Origin: Nitrospinales bacterium
GTDB taxonomy: Bacteria > Nitrospinota > Nitrospinia > Nitrospinales > VA-1
DNA length: 64,000 nucleotides
Assembly (NCBI GenBank): GCA_965223795.1
Contig: CBDCXL010000002.1
Span: 256,001-320,000, forward strand
Direction: 5' to 3'
Shown: piece after piece, positions 17,921 to 26,762 of the stretch
Layout of the letters: the number at the start of each line of letters is the position of its first letter
Numbering within the stretch: the first letter of the stretch is position 1
The notes under the pieces: model-generated
Database searches by the model: none
Seen by the model: only the letters and a program-made list of their open reading frames with translations
Told to the model about the DNA's origin: nothing
Program-made: the position numbers and the translations under genes

Positions 17921-19466
17921 TCAGGGCCCGTTGTCCGCGAGCAGGCTCACGGGTATCCAGGGCGTGCAGTCGCGCTGGCCGCACAGCGCTTCCTCGGCAA
18001 AGAGTTTTTTGACGTTGCAGTCGGCGAGATCGGCGCGGTCCCGTTCGGCCCGCGCCAGCCGGTTGCCGGGGTCGATCTTCAGCACCTGGTCCCATAGGCA
18101 GATGGCCTGATCCACGTCCTCTTCCTCCTGGTAGAACGCCGCCGTCGCTTTTTCATGCAGCTTCCTGGACAGCATCACTCCTAGTTCCTTGAGTTCCGCC
18201 AATGCCTGCTGGTGGTCCGGGTTGTGGCGGGACGCTTTTTTGAACGCACCGTATGCCTTGAAATCCGCGCTGGTCGTGAGATAGCGCTTGCCCTGCTCGT
18301 AAAACCTGTCGGCCAACGCCAGCCGGTTGCTCTCGATCGCTTTTTCGATATCACGTGATTTTGGCTTTCAACGCCGGATTCTTTTTATCCAGCTTGCGGG
18401 CCTTGAGCAGGATGTCCAGCGAGGCGTCCTCCTGCCCTCCCCGCCTCAGCAGCGCGTCGGCCTTCTGCATGTAGCTTTCCACCAGCAGCGCCTTGATGGC
18501 GCCACTCGAGAGATGCCTGCCGAGCGCGCTTTCCAGTGTTTCGATGGCCGCATCGACCTGCCCCTGCTTCAGTTGCCGGCGCACGTCCGCCGTCAGTCTC
18601 TGCACACCCATCCTGTTTTCGGCGCTGCGGATCAGGCGGCTGGTTTCTTTATTGTTTCCGCCCAACTGTTGCGAACGTTGGAGCAGCTCGACCGCTTTTT
18701 TGAAAACCTTGCGTGCGTGCATGAGCTTTCCGTATTCCATGTACACGTTCGCGCCGAACTGCCTGAGATGCGGATCGTCCGGAAAGTTTTTCAGATCCCG
18801 CTCCAGCGCGGTGACGCTCTTGGCGAATTTTTTCTGCCGCATCATCTGCCGCAGCTTTGTGATCGAGGCCTGAACGGATTGCTTGCCGCGGATCTTGTTC
18901 ACATCGGTGCGGGGGATGCGGATTCGCTGGCCTTCCTTGAGTGAATTGGGGGTTTCCAGCCCGTTGTAGCGGGCGAGCGCATAGAACAGGTACTGGCTTC
19001 CGAGAAAATCCTCGGCGATGCGCAGCAGGGTTTCGTCCGGCTTCACAATGTAAGGCGCGCTCTTTTTTCCAAGCAGAGACACAGGGTCCTTATCGATCTG
19101 CATCAGCAGCAGGAGCGCATCGGGGTTTCCCGGTTCTTCCGAGAGCGCCGCCTTCAATTCCACGCACGCCGGTTCGACCTGCCCCAATCCCAAAAAAAAG
19201 GTCGCCTGCATCAACCGCTCACGCGGCGTGAACCCCGGTTCGGCCCGGTAGCTCGCGTTCACGAGGAACGCCGCAGCCGGAACTGCCCTTGTAACCTGCG
19301 CCCACGCGGCGTCCGCGGTGAACAGGGCCAGCAACAGCAGCGTAAGGGAAACGGGCTTCACGGTATTCAAACCCTGTATGTAGATTGAATTAAATTCCTT
19401 GTTATCATCGTGAATTCGCATCGCGGTCATTCCGTGTGAATGAGTTTTATGTGCCGGGTCAGGCAT
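17921..19466 (-). pseudogene. LysM + TPR exported protein, split by a +1 frameshift near 18355
   Basis: ORF 18351-19466 (signal, TPR, LysM YIVKPDETL..IA....LARYNGL..PNSL..GQRI.IP) stops at KAKIT*. The +1 frame continues RDIEKAIESNRLALADRFY into TPR ORF 17921-18316. Confidence 0.7.
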
Positions 19467-19487
19467 GGGGCACTGGCGGCACCTCGT

Positions 19488-20891
19488 TCAGCGGCTCTGC
19501 ACATAGCCCAGGTGGACCCGGCCGATCTCGCGGTTTTTTTTGCCGAACAGGATGGGCGCATTGAAGTCCAGGAATTCGCTGCCGTCCTCGGCTTTGAGGG
19601 TGGAAACCCGCACTCCCTTCGCTTCGAATTCCTGTTCGGGGCTGCCCGGCGGCGTGAACAATTTTCCCAAACCGGAGGGATCTCCGGCGCCGCGCACAAC
19701 GCCGTGTTTATCGAGAACGTACAGATAGCCGAGCGCCTGGCCCTGCAGCGCCCCGAACGACCGTCCCTGCTTGAAACGGTCGAGCACGGTTTTGATGCCC
19801 TGCCACTCGTTGAGCGCCAGATTGATGGTGACCGAATGGGCGAGGACTTTCGCCGAGGCGACACCGGAATCGATGACGATGTTGTGCGGCGTGGTTCCCG
19901 GACCGGAGGGATAAAAGAAGATCCCCGCCGCAATGACAAGCAGGACGCCGGCCGCCGCCGCGATCCACACCCGCGCCGAAACGGGACGTTTCTTTCCCGC
20001 TTCCTGCTCTTCCAGTTTCGCCAATTCCCGCCTGAGCGCCTCGGACAATTCTGCGGCGGACTGAAACCGCTTGTCCGGCTCTTTCTGCAAAAGCTTGTCG
20101 ATGATGCGCGCCACACCCACCGGCAGGTCCGGCACCCGCTTGCGGATGGAAGGATGGGCGTCGTCCCGCGTCTGGCTTTCGAGGGTCTCCACCGTGTCGC
20201 CGTCGAAAGGCCGCGCTCCGCTGCACAGGGCGTACAGCACCACGCCGAGGGAAAACAGATCCGACCGGCCGTCCACCCGTTTGCCCATCCACTGCTCGGG
20301 CGACATATAACCCGGCGTCCCCACCACCATCCCGTGCAGCGTCAGGCGGGTCTGCTTGGGATTTTTGTTGTTCATGGAAGCGATGCCGAAATCGGTCAGC
20401 TTGATGAGGCCGGACTCGTGCCCCATCAGAATGTTCTCGGGCTTGATGTCGCGGTGGTAGATGCCTTTTTTGTGGGCGCACGCGATGGCGTCCGCCAGTT
20501 GAATTCCGTATTGCAGAACCTGCTTCACCGGCAGCGCCCTGCCGGACTCGATGGTCGCTTCCAGCGGTGAGGCTTTCAAAAGCTCCATCACCATGTAGGG
20601 CCGCTCGTCCACCTTGCCGACGTTGTGCACGGTGGCGATGCCCTGGTGCTGGATGGCGGACAACGCCCGCGCGTCGTGCAGGAAGCGCTTTTCATACTGC
20701 ACGTTGCCGCAGAACTCTTTTTTCAGGATTTTCAGGGCGAGGTCGCAGTCCAGCTCGGGGTCGTGCACCTTGAACACCTCCGCCATGCCGCCCTCGCCCA
20801 GCGGCTCGACCACGGTGTACTTGCCGATTTTTTCGTACATGCCGGTTTCGCTGGCTCCGGCGTTTTCGGGTTTGTTCATCCTATCCCCCAT
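19488..20891 (-). CDS. ppkA: Transmembrane Ser/Thr kinase (PpkA-like) with periplasmic Cache/PDC-like domain
   Basis: GEGGMA, ALK, HRDIKPEN, DFG, GTPGYMSPE. One TM helix, then YLYVLDKHGVV and DFNAPILF..IGRVHLG. Start may be 20879. Confidence 0.85.
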   Translation of the reverse strand: MGDRMNKPENAGASETGMYEKIGKYTVVEPLGEGGMAEVFKVHDPELDCDLALKILKKEFCGNVQYEKRFLHDARALSAIQHQGIATVHNVGKVDERPYMVMELLKASPLEATIESGRALPVKQVLQYGIQLADAIACAHKKGIYHRDIKPENILMGHESGLIKLTDFGIASMNNKNPKQTRLTLHGMVVGTPGYMSPEQWMGKRVDGRSDLFSLGVVLYALCSGARPFDGDTVETLESQTRDDAHPSIRKRVPDLPVGVARIIDKLLQKEPDKRFQSAAELSEALRRELAKLEEQEAGKKRPVSARVWIAAAAGVLLVIAAGIFFYPSGPGTTPHNIVIDSGVASAKVLAHSVTINLALNEWQGIKTVLDRFKQGRSFGALQGQALGYLYVLDKHGVVRGAGDPSGLGKLFTPPGSPEQEFEAKGVRVSTLKAEDGSEFLDFNAPILFGKKNREIGRVHLGYVQSR

Positions 20892-20907
20892 TGGGCAGGA
20901 ATGCGTG

Positions 20908-21648
20908 TCATTGAGGCTGCCGGTGGATGCGGATCACGATCGCGGTCACGTTGTCGGGAGCGCCGTTTTCCAGGGTCCGGGCGATCAGCGTTGCCACCGA
21001 ACTATTGCAGGTGCCGTCCGCCAGGATGGATTCGATCTCGCCGTGATCGAGTACGCTGTTCAGGCCGTCGCTGCAAACCAGGTAGACGTCCCCGTCCTGC
21101 AGATCCCCCATGTTGATGTCCAGCTTGAGTTCGTCGTCCACACCGACGGCGCGGGTGATGACATTGCGCGCCGGGCTGTCCTCGGCCTCGCGCCGGTTCA
21201 AAAGGCCGCGCTGGATCATCTCCTCCACCTGCGAGTGGTCGCGCGTGAGCGGGTTGAGGCAGCCGTCGCGATACAGGTACACCCGGCTGTCCCCGGCCCA
21301 CAGGCAGATGCCCTTGTCCTCAAAGCAGGAAAAGATGACCACGGTGCTGCCCATGACGCCGCCCGCGGCCTGCGACTGCTCGAAGATGCGCCGGTTGGCG
21401 AAAACCAGCCGCGCCTTGAGATCGCCGAGGAAATCCTGCAGCGAGCCTGTGCCGTGCGTCCCCTCCAGCGATTCGATGATGGTGCGGCTCGCCACTTCGC
21501 CGCCGTCGTGGCCGCCCATGCCGTCGGCGACGGCCCAAAGGCCGATGTCCGCGTTTTCCAGGTACGCGTCTTCGTTCAACGTGCGCTCCATGCCCACATG
21601 GCTTTGTCCCGCCGATTGCCAGTGAAATTGTTCGTGACGCCGCTGCAT
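20908..21648 (-). CDS. pppA: PP2C Ser/Thr phosphatase (PppA-like)
   Basis: NEDA, VADGMGGH, WAGDSR, TRDHS, CSDGL and DNVT motifs. Adjacent to the kinase and T6SS. Confidence 0.9.
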   Translation of the reverse strand: MQRRHEQFHWQSAGQSHVGMERTLNEDAYLENADIGLWAVADGMGGHDGGEVASRTIIESLEGTHGTGSLQDFLGDLKARLVFANRRIFEQSQAAGGVMGSTVVIFSCFEDKGICLWAGDSRVYLYRDGCLNPLTRDHSQVEEMIQRGLLNRREAEDSPARNVITRAVGVDDELKLDINMGDLQDGDVYLVCSDGLNSVLDHGEIESILADGTCNSSVATLIARTLENGAPDNVTAIVIRIHRQPQ

Positions 21649-21985
21649 GGCGCTCCGTTCTGTCGCATCGTTTGCGTCCAACCCGACAACCGGCCGCCGA
21701 GGCCACCGGGAATAAAAGTTCACCGCGCCGAATTTTTTCTGCTTCCCTTTTTATCGGATTGAAAAAATATTTTCTAAATATTCAATTTTACTTTTAAAAT
21801 CAGTGGCATTTTTAAAATCGCCGTGATAGGATTTATCCACTTTCCGAAACAGAAAGCATTTTTTTTCGTTGTGGCGAAGAGGACGCAAATATAGCACGAT
21901 TCGACCCGATGCGAAAGTTTCCTGACGAGACCGCTTCCGGTCTTAGGATCCTGCGTCCACGCTGCTCGTAGAGAAAGGAAACCCG

Positions 21986-23380
21986 GTGGCTGTCACGCTC
22001 CGAATCACCGATTCCAACCGGTTGCTGCCCGAAACGGAAACGCTGCGGGTGCTGAACGAAGGAACGCTCACCATCGGGCGGGACGACGACAACGACTGGG
22101 TGCTTCCCGATCCGTCCCAGGTCATCTCCGGCAGACACTGCACGATCGAGGCGGCGGACGGGCGCTACATTCTGCACGACACCAGCAGCAACGGCACCTG
22201 CCTGAATTCGGACCACGATCCCATCGGCCGCGGCAACTCGGTGCCGATCCAGCACGGCGACACCATCCAGATCTTTCAGTTCGAGATCCAGGTTTCGATG
22301 GAAGAGGAAGCGGCCGCGCTGCCGCAGGACTACCTCACGCCCGTCAACGACACGGCGCAGCCTGTGGAACCGGGGGACGCGCCGGGCAAATGGCGGTTCA
22401 ACTCGGCGATTTCCACGCTGGACGAACTGCTGAACCAGTCACCCGAACAGGGCGAACCCAGACTTTCGGACTCGCGGCCTCTCGACTCTGCACCCGAAAT
22501 TCCGGAGGACCCGTTCGCCGAGCCTCAAGGCACGGAATTCATCCCGATGGACGCGGATCTCAGCGCGGCGCCGTCGGAGAACGACCGTTTCCATCCGCCC
22601 AGGCCCATGGGAGAAATTCCCGACGACTGGGACCGCGAAGCGGGAACCGTGGAAACGCCGCCGAAACCCCATCCCAAACCACCACGGCCGCCGGCCGCGC
22701 CGCGGACTCAGCCGCAGGCTGGGAAAGCCGCGAAACCCAAACCGGCGGCCCCCGTGCCCCACGCACCGCAACCGGAGCTGCCCGCCGCGATGCCCGCATC
22801 GGCGATGGGCCCGTTTCTCGCCGGGGCGGGTCTCAAGCACCTCAACCTGACAGAAAAGCAGATCCCGCCCACCCAGAAAGTGCTGGGCGCGGTGTTCCGC
22901 GAAGTGGTCAAGGGCCTGATGGGGCTTTTGAAAGCGCGCAGCCGGCTGAAAAACGAATTCCGCCTCAAGCAGACGATCATCGGCCCCTCGGAGAACAACC
23001 CGCTGCAGTTCGCGCCCACGGTCGAGGACGCGATGGAGAACCTGCTGATCAAAAAGGGAACCGGCTACCTGCCGCCGATCCAGGCGGTGAAAAAATCCTT
23101 CGAGGACATCCAGGCGCACGAGGTGGCCATCCTCACGGGCATGCAGCGTTCGCTGCGGAAAAGCCTGGAACATTTCGACCCGAAAAAGATCGCCCGCGAG
23201 GTGGACGCGAAAAAGGGCCTCGCGCAAAACCTGGTGCCGAAAAAAATCCAGTACTGGGAGGAGTTCGAGCGCCAGTACCGGAAAATGATCCACGAACTGG
23301 AAAACGAGTTCAACAACCTCTACCTGCGGGAATTCGCGCAATCCTACGAACAGCAGATCGAAAAACAGAAGCAACGCTGA
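21986..23380 (+). CDS. tagH: T6SS FHA domain protein TagH/Fha
   Basis: FHA (IGR, ISGRH, SSNGT), Pro-rich linker, C-terminal ENNPL.F and EFAQSYE.Q motifs. Confidence 0.92.
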   Translation: MAVTLRITDSNRLLPETETLRVLNEGTLTIGRDDDNDWVLPDPSQVISGRHCTIEAADGRYILHDTSSNGTCLNSDHDPIGRGNSVPIQHGDTIQIFQFEIQVSMEEEAAALPQDYLTPVNDTAQPVEPGDAPGKWRFNSAISTLDELLNQSPEQGEPRLSDSRPLDSAPEIPEDPFAEPQGTEFIPMDADLSAAPSENDRFHPPRPMGEIPDDWDREAGTVETPPKPHPKPPRPPAAPRTQPQAGKAAKPKPAAPVPHAPQPELPAAMPASAMGPFLAGAGLKHLNLTEKQIPPTQKVLGAVFREVVKGLMGLLKARSRLKNEFRLKQTIIGPSENNPLQFAPTVEDAMENLLIKKGTGYLPPIQAVKKSFEDIQAHEVAILTGMQRSLRKSLEHFDPKKIAREVDAKKGLAQNLVPKKIQYWEEFERQYRKMIHELENEFNNLYLREFAQSYEQQIEKQKQR

Positions 23381-23416
23381 TCTCGCGGGAAAACCTGGGG
23401 AGGCAACTGCAATCCG

Positions 23417-23950
23417 ATGAACCGAGCCACTGCAATGACCAAGGCGTTCGCCGCCATCCTCTTTCCCCTGCTGATCCTCGTGCCGGTGGGGTGCGCCTCG
23501 AAAAAAAAGCCGCCGCTGATCGCGGAACCGCCCTCGACGCAGATCCGCGCCAGCGTGCGTTCCTCGCTGGATCTGAATCCCGATCTCAAGGGCAAGCCGT
23601 CTTCGCTTTACGCCATTCTTTATGAATTGAAAACGCCCAACGCGTTCAACAGTTCGTCTTTCTTTGAACTGTATGACGGCGAGGCCGCGGATTTTGAGAA
23701 CGACATCGTGCGCAAAGAGGAGATCGAGATCGATCCCGGCAACGCGTTTCGATTGCAAAGAAAGCTCAAGCCGGAATCCCGGTTCATCGGCATCCTCGCC
23801 GCCTACCGGGACATTGACAACGCCCGCTGGCGCGCGCTGGCAAAGGTGGAACCGGGAGAGACCACGGATCTCAACATCGATTTCACCCGGCTGGCGGTGA
23901 CGATCCAGAAAGCGCCGCCTGCGCCGGTAAAAGGGAAAGAAAAAAAATGA
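23417..23950 (+). CDS. tssJ: T6SS lipoprotein TssJ
   Basis: PVGC lipobox; LNPD..G, YEL and AAYRDI..A.WR motifs. Confidence 0.9.
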   Translation: MNRATAMTKAFAAILFPLLILVPVGCASKKKPPLIAEPPSTQIRASVRSSLDLNPDLKGKPSSLYAILYELKTPNAFNSSSFFELYDGEAADFENDIVRKEEIEIDPGNAFRLQRKLKPESRFIGILAAYRDIDNARWRALAKVEPGETTDLNIDFTRLAVTIQKAPPAPVKGKEKK

Positions 23951-24007
23951 TGCCGGCAGACACGAATGCTGCCAGCAAGACGGATCGAACCCCATAAAAG
24001 GAACGTC

Positions 24008-25342
24008 ATGTCGCTTTTCAACAAGGTGGTCTGGTCGGAAGGGATGTTTTTGCGGCCGCAGCATTTTCAGCAGCTGGACCGCTATTTCGAACATCTGTTC
24101 AGCCAGGGCGCGGTCCACGCGGCGCCCTATTCCTGGGGTCTCAGCGAACTCAGGATCGACCGCGACCTGCTCAAGACCGGCAAATTCGCGGTCCATGCCT
24201 GCCGCGGCGTGCTGCCGGACGGAACCCGCTTCGACGTTCCCGATGAGGCACCCGCGCCGGAGCCTTTGGACCTTTCCGAGAAAATCGAGGACACCGAGGT
24301 GTTTCTCTGTCTGCCGGTGCGCGACAGCCGGGGCAAGGACATCCGCTACGGTTCCAACGGCAGCGGCCTCACCCGCTATGCGGTCGAGGAGTCGACGATC
24401 CTCGACGCCTGCCAGGAAAACGGCGCGGGGGCGGACGTCCAGATCGCGCGCCTGGCGTTTAAGCTGATGCTGGGCACGGAAGAGCGCAGCGCGTATCACT
24501 GCATTCCGCTGGCGAGGATCATCCAGGTGACGGCGGACAAAAACGTGCTGTTCGATGAACAGTTCATCCCGCCCTGCCTGGATGTGCGCGTGAGCCCGGT
24601 GCTCACGGGATTTCTGCACGAGATCTCCGGGCTTTTGCATCAACGCGGCGAGAGCCTGGCGGGCCGGGTGTCCGAGTCCGGCCGCGGCGGCTCGGCGGAA
24701 ATCGCGGACTTTCTCATGCTGCAGGCGATCAACCGCTCTGAGCCGCTCGTCGCGCATTTCGCCCGCATCCCGTCGCTGCACCCGGAGGTGCTGTACCGCG
24801 AGCTGATCGCGATGGCCGGCGAGCTGGCCACCTTCTCCGAGGGCGGCAAGCGGCCGCAGGCGTATCCGCAGTACCGGCACGACGCGTTGAAGGAAACCTA
24901 TTCACCGGTGATCGAATCGTTGCGGCAATCGCTGAGCCGGGTGTTCGAGCGGCTGGTGGTCTCGATCCCGCTCGAGGAAAAGAAATTCGGCATCCGCGTG
25001 GCGCTGATCCGCGACAAATCGCTGCTGGAGGACGCGACCTTCGTTCTGGCGGTCAACGCGGACCTGCCCGAGGACGAGGTGCGGCGCAATTTCCCGGCGA
25101 TGGTCAAGATCGGACCGGTGGAGCAGATCCGCGATCTGGTCAACAAGGCGCTGCCGGGGATCGGCCTCAACCCGCTGCCGGTGGCGCCGCGGCAGATTCC
25201 GTTTCACGCGGGCTTCACTTATTTTGCGCTGGACACCAAGGGCGCCATCTGGAACGAGCTGAAACGGTCCGGCGGCCTGGCGCTGCACGCTCCCGGCACG
25301 TTTCCGGGTCTTGAACTGGCCCTCTGGGCCATCCGACGGTAA
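24008..25342 (+). CDS. tssK: T6SS baseplate TssK
   Basis: KVVWSEGMFLRPQHFQQ; LPVAPRQIPFHAG; LELALWAIR. Confidence 0.95.
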   Translation: MSLFNKVVWSEGMFLRPQHFQQLDRYFEHLFSQGAVHAAPYSWGLSELRIDRDLLKTGKFAVHACRGVLPDGTRFDVPDEAPAPEPLDLSEKIEDTEVFLCLPVRDSRGKDIRYGSNGSGLTRYAVEESTILDACQENGAGADVQIARLAFKLMLGTEERSAYHCIPLARIIQVTADKNVLFDEQFIPPCLDVRVSPVLTGFLHEISGLLHQRGESLAGRVSESGRGGSAEIADFLMLQAINRSEPLVAHFARIPSLHPEVLYRELIAMAGELATFSEGGKRPQAYPQYRHDALKETYSPVIESLRQSLSRVFERLVVSIPLEEKKFGIRVALIRDKSLLEDATFVLAVNADLPEDEVRRNFPAMVKIGPVEQIRDLVNKALPGIGLNPLPVAPRQIPFHAGFTYFALDTKGAIWNELKRSGGLALHAPGTFPGLELALWAIRR

Positions 25343-25347
25343 ACGCC

Positions 25348-26706
25348 ATGACAGACAAGGACCCCTTCGCGGAATACAACCCCCGGAAAAAATCGCCGCA
25401 GCGCACGGTCATCGTTCCGGCCCCCGGCGGACGCAAACGCAATCCCGCGCCCAAGCCCGACACGCAAGCGAGGATGAAACCGCCGGCGCTGTCGCGCAAC
25501 ACGGAAGCGCCGGTGCTGGAAACGCACACGCAGAATCCGCTGGTGCGTTCGGCGGGAACGCTGTTCGCGCTGGCGCGCAAGCTCAGAAACACCATCGACC
25601 ACAAGGACGTGGCGCGCCTCAGGCTCAGCATCCTGAAAATGCTGAACCGCTTCAACCAGGACGCGCTCAAGCGCGGCGGCGGCAAGGACGCGGTGCATTT
25701 CGCCTGCTACGCCCTGTGCGCGCTGATCGATGAGATCGTGCTGGAGACACCCTGGGGCAACCAGAGCCACTGGGACCGCGAGAGCCTTTTGGGTACGCTG
25801 TTCAACGACGCGCGCGGCGGCGAGAAGTTTTTTCAGATCCTCGAACGCAGCGCCTGGAACCCGGCGGAGAACATCGACCTGCTGGAGTTTCTTTACCTCT
25901 GCCTGGGGCTCGGGTTTCAGGGGAAATACGCCATCACGCAGAGCGGCGTCGAGCAGCTCGACATGCTAACGCGCAATTTGTACCAGACGATCCGCACGCA
26001 CCGCGGCGGGCCGGACAAGTATCTTTCCGCCAACTGGCAGGGCGCGGAAGCGCCGCGCCGCGACCGCTTCCTGCCGATCTGGGTGGTGCCGGTGGCGGCG
26101 CTCGGGCTGGCGTCGCTGATGTTTTATTTCTTCAACGCCTCGATCAACCGCACCTCACTGGAAGCGGAAGCGAAGCTCAACCGGATCGGCCGCGGCGCGG
26201 CTCCCATCGCAATGCCGCCGGAGACCGCACCCCGGACGCTGATTTCTCTTCCCGAGACAAAGGAGCCGGGCTGGCTGCAACGGCTTCAGCAGGGGTTGAG
26301 CGAAGAGCGGGATCGCGGCTGGATCGACATCGAGAAAGCCGGGCTGGGCGTCAAGATCACGCTGTACAACCTGGGCCTGTTCCAATCGGGAAGCGCCAAC
26401 ATCAGCGAGCTGTTCCACCCCACCCTGGAGAAGATCGGCCACGCGCTGAACGAAATCCCCGGCTTCATCCACATCACCGGGCACACGGACAACCGGCCCA
26501 TCCGCACGCTGCAGTTTCCTTCCAACTGGCGCCTGTCGATGGCGCGGGCCGAGGCGGTGGCGCGCATTCTCGGCGGCGCCACGGGAAGCCGGGACAAGTT
26601 CAAACCCAAAGGCAAGGCGGATTACGAGCCCATCGCCAGCAACGAAACGCTCGAAGGACGCCGGAAAAACCGGCGGGTCGAAATTTTCATCCCCCGGGCG
26701 CAGTGA
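25348..26706 (+). CDS. tssL: T6SS TssL (DotU) with C-terminal OmpA-like peptidoglycan-binding domain
   Basis: YALCALIDE, GGEKFF, LGFQGKY; TM helix; GHTD, LS.ARA, NRRVEI. Confidence 0.95.
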   Translation: MTDKDPFAEYNPRKKSPQRTVIVPAPGGRKRNPAPKPDTQARMKPPALSRNTEAPVLETHTQNPLVRSAGTLFALARKLRNTIDHKDVARLRLSILKMLNRFNQDALKRGGGKDAVHFACYALCALIDEIVLETPWGNQSHWDRESLLGTLFNDARGGEKFFQILERSAWNPAENIDLLEFLYLCLGLGFQGKYAITQSGVEQLDMLTRNLYQTIRTHRGGPDKYLSANWQGAEAPRRDRFLPIWVVPVAALGLASLMFYFFNASINRTSLEAEAKLNRIGRGAAPIAMPPETAPRTLISLPETKEPGWLQRLQQGLSEERDRGWIDIEKAGLGVKITLYNLGLFQSGSANISELFHPTLEKIGHALNEIPGFIHITGHTDNRPIRTLQFPSNWRLSMARAEAVARILGGATGSRDKFKPKGKADYEPIASNETLEGRRKNRRVEIFIPRAQ

Positions 26707-26762
26707 GCCCGGTTTTGATTTTTTAGCGTCTGGCCCTACATCAACGTCCGCGGGAGAGCGAC

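Noticed and set aside
21660..21960. c-di-GMP-I riboswitch in the divergent T6SS promoter (GACGCAAA seen on both strands)
   Set aside because: The GGCAAACC/GNRA P2 stem and the P3 context are missing; only a short motif matches.
22439..24880. 813-aa minus-strand ORF, and similar long ORFs at 12058-14028, 14563-16338, 26781-28652, 34056-35726, 46982-48778 and 52673-54382
   Set aside because: Antisense shadow frames of well-supported genes, expected in GC-rich DNA; no recognisable motifs.
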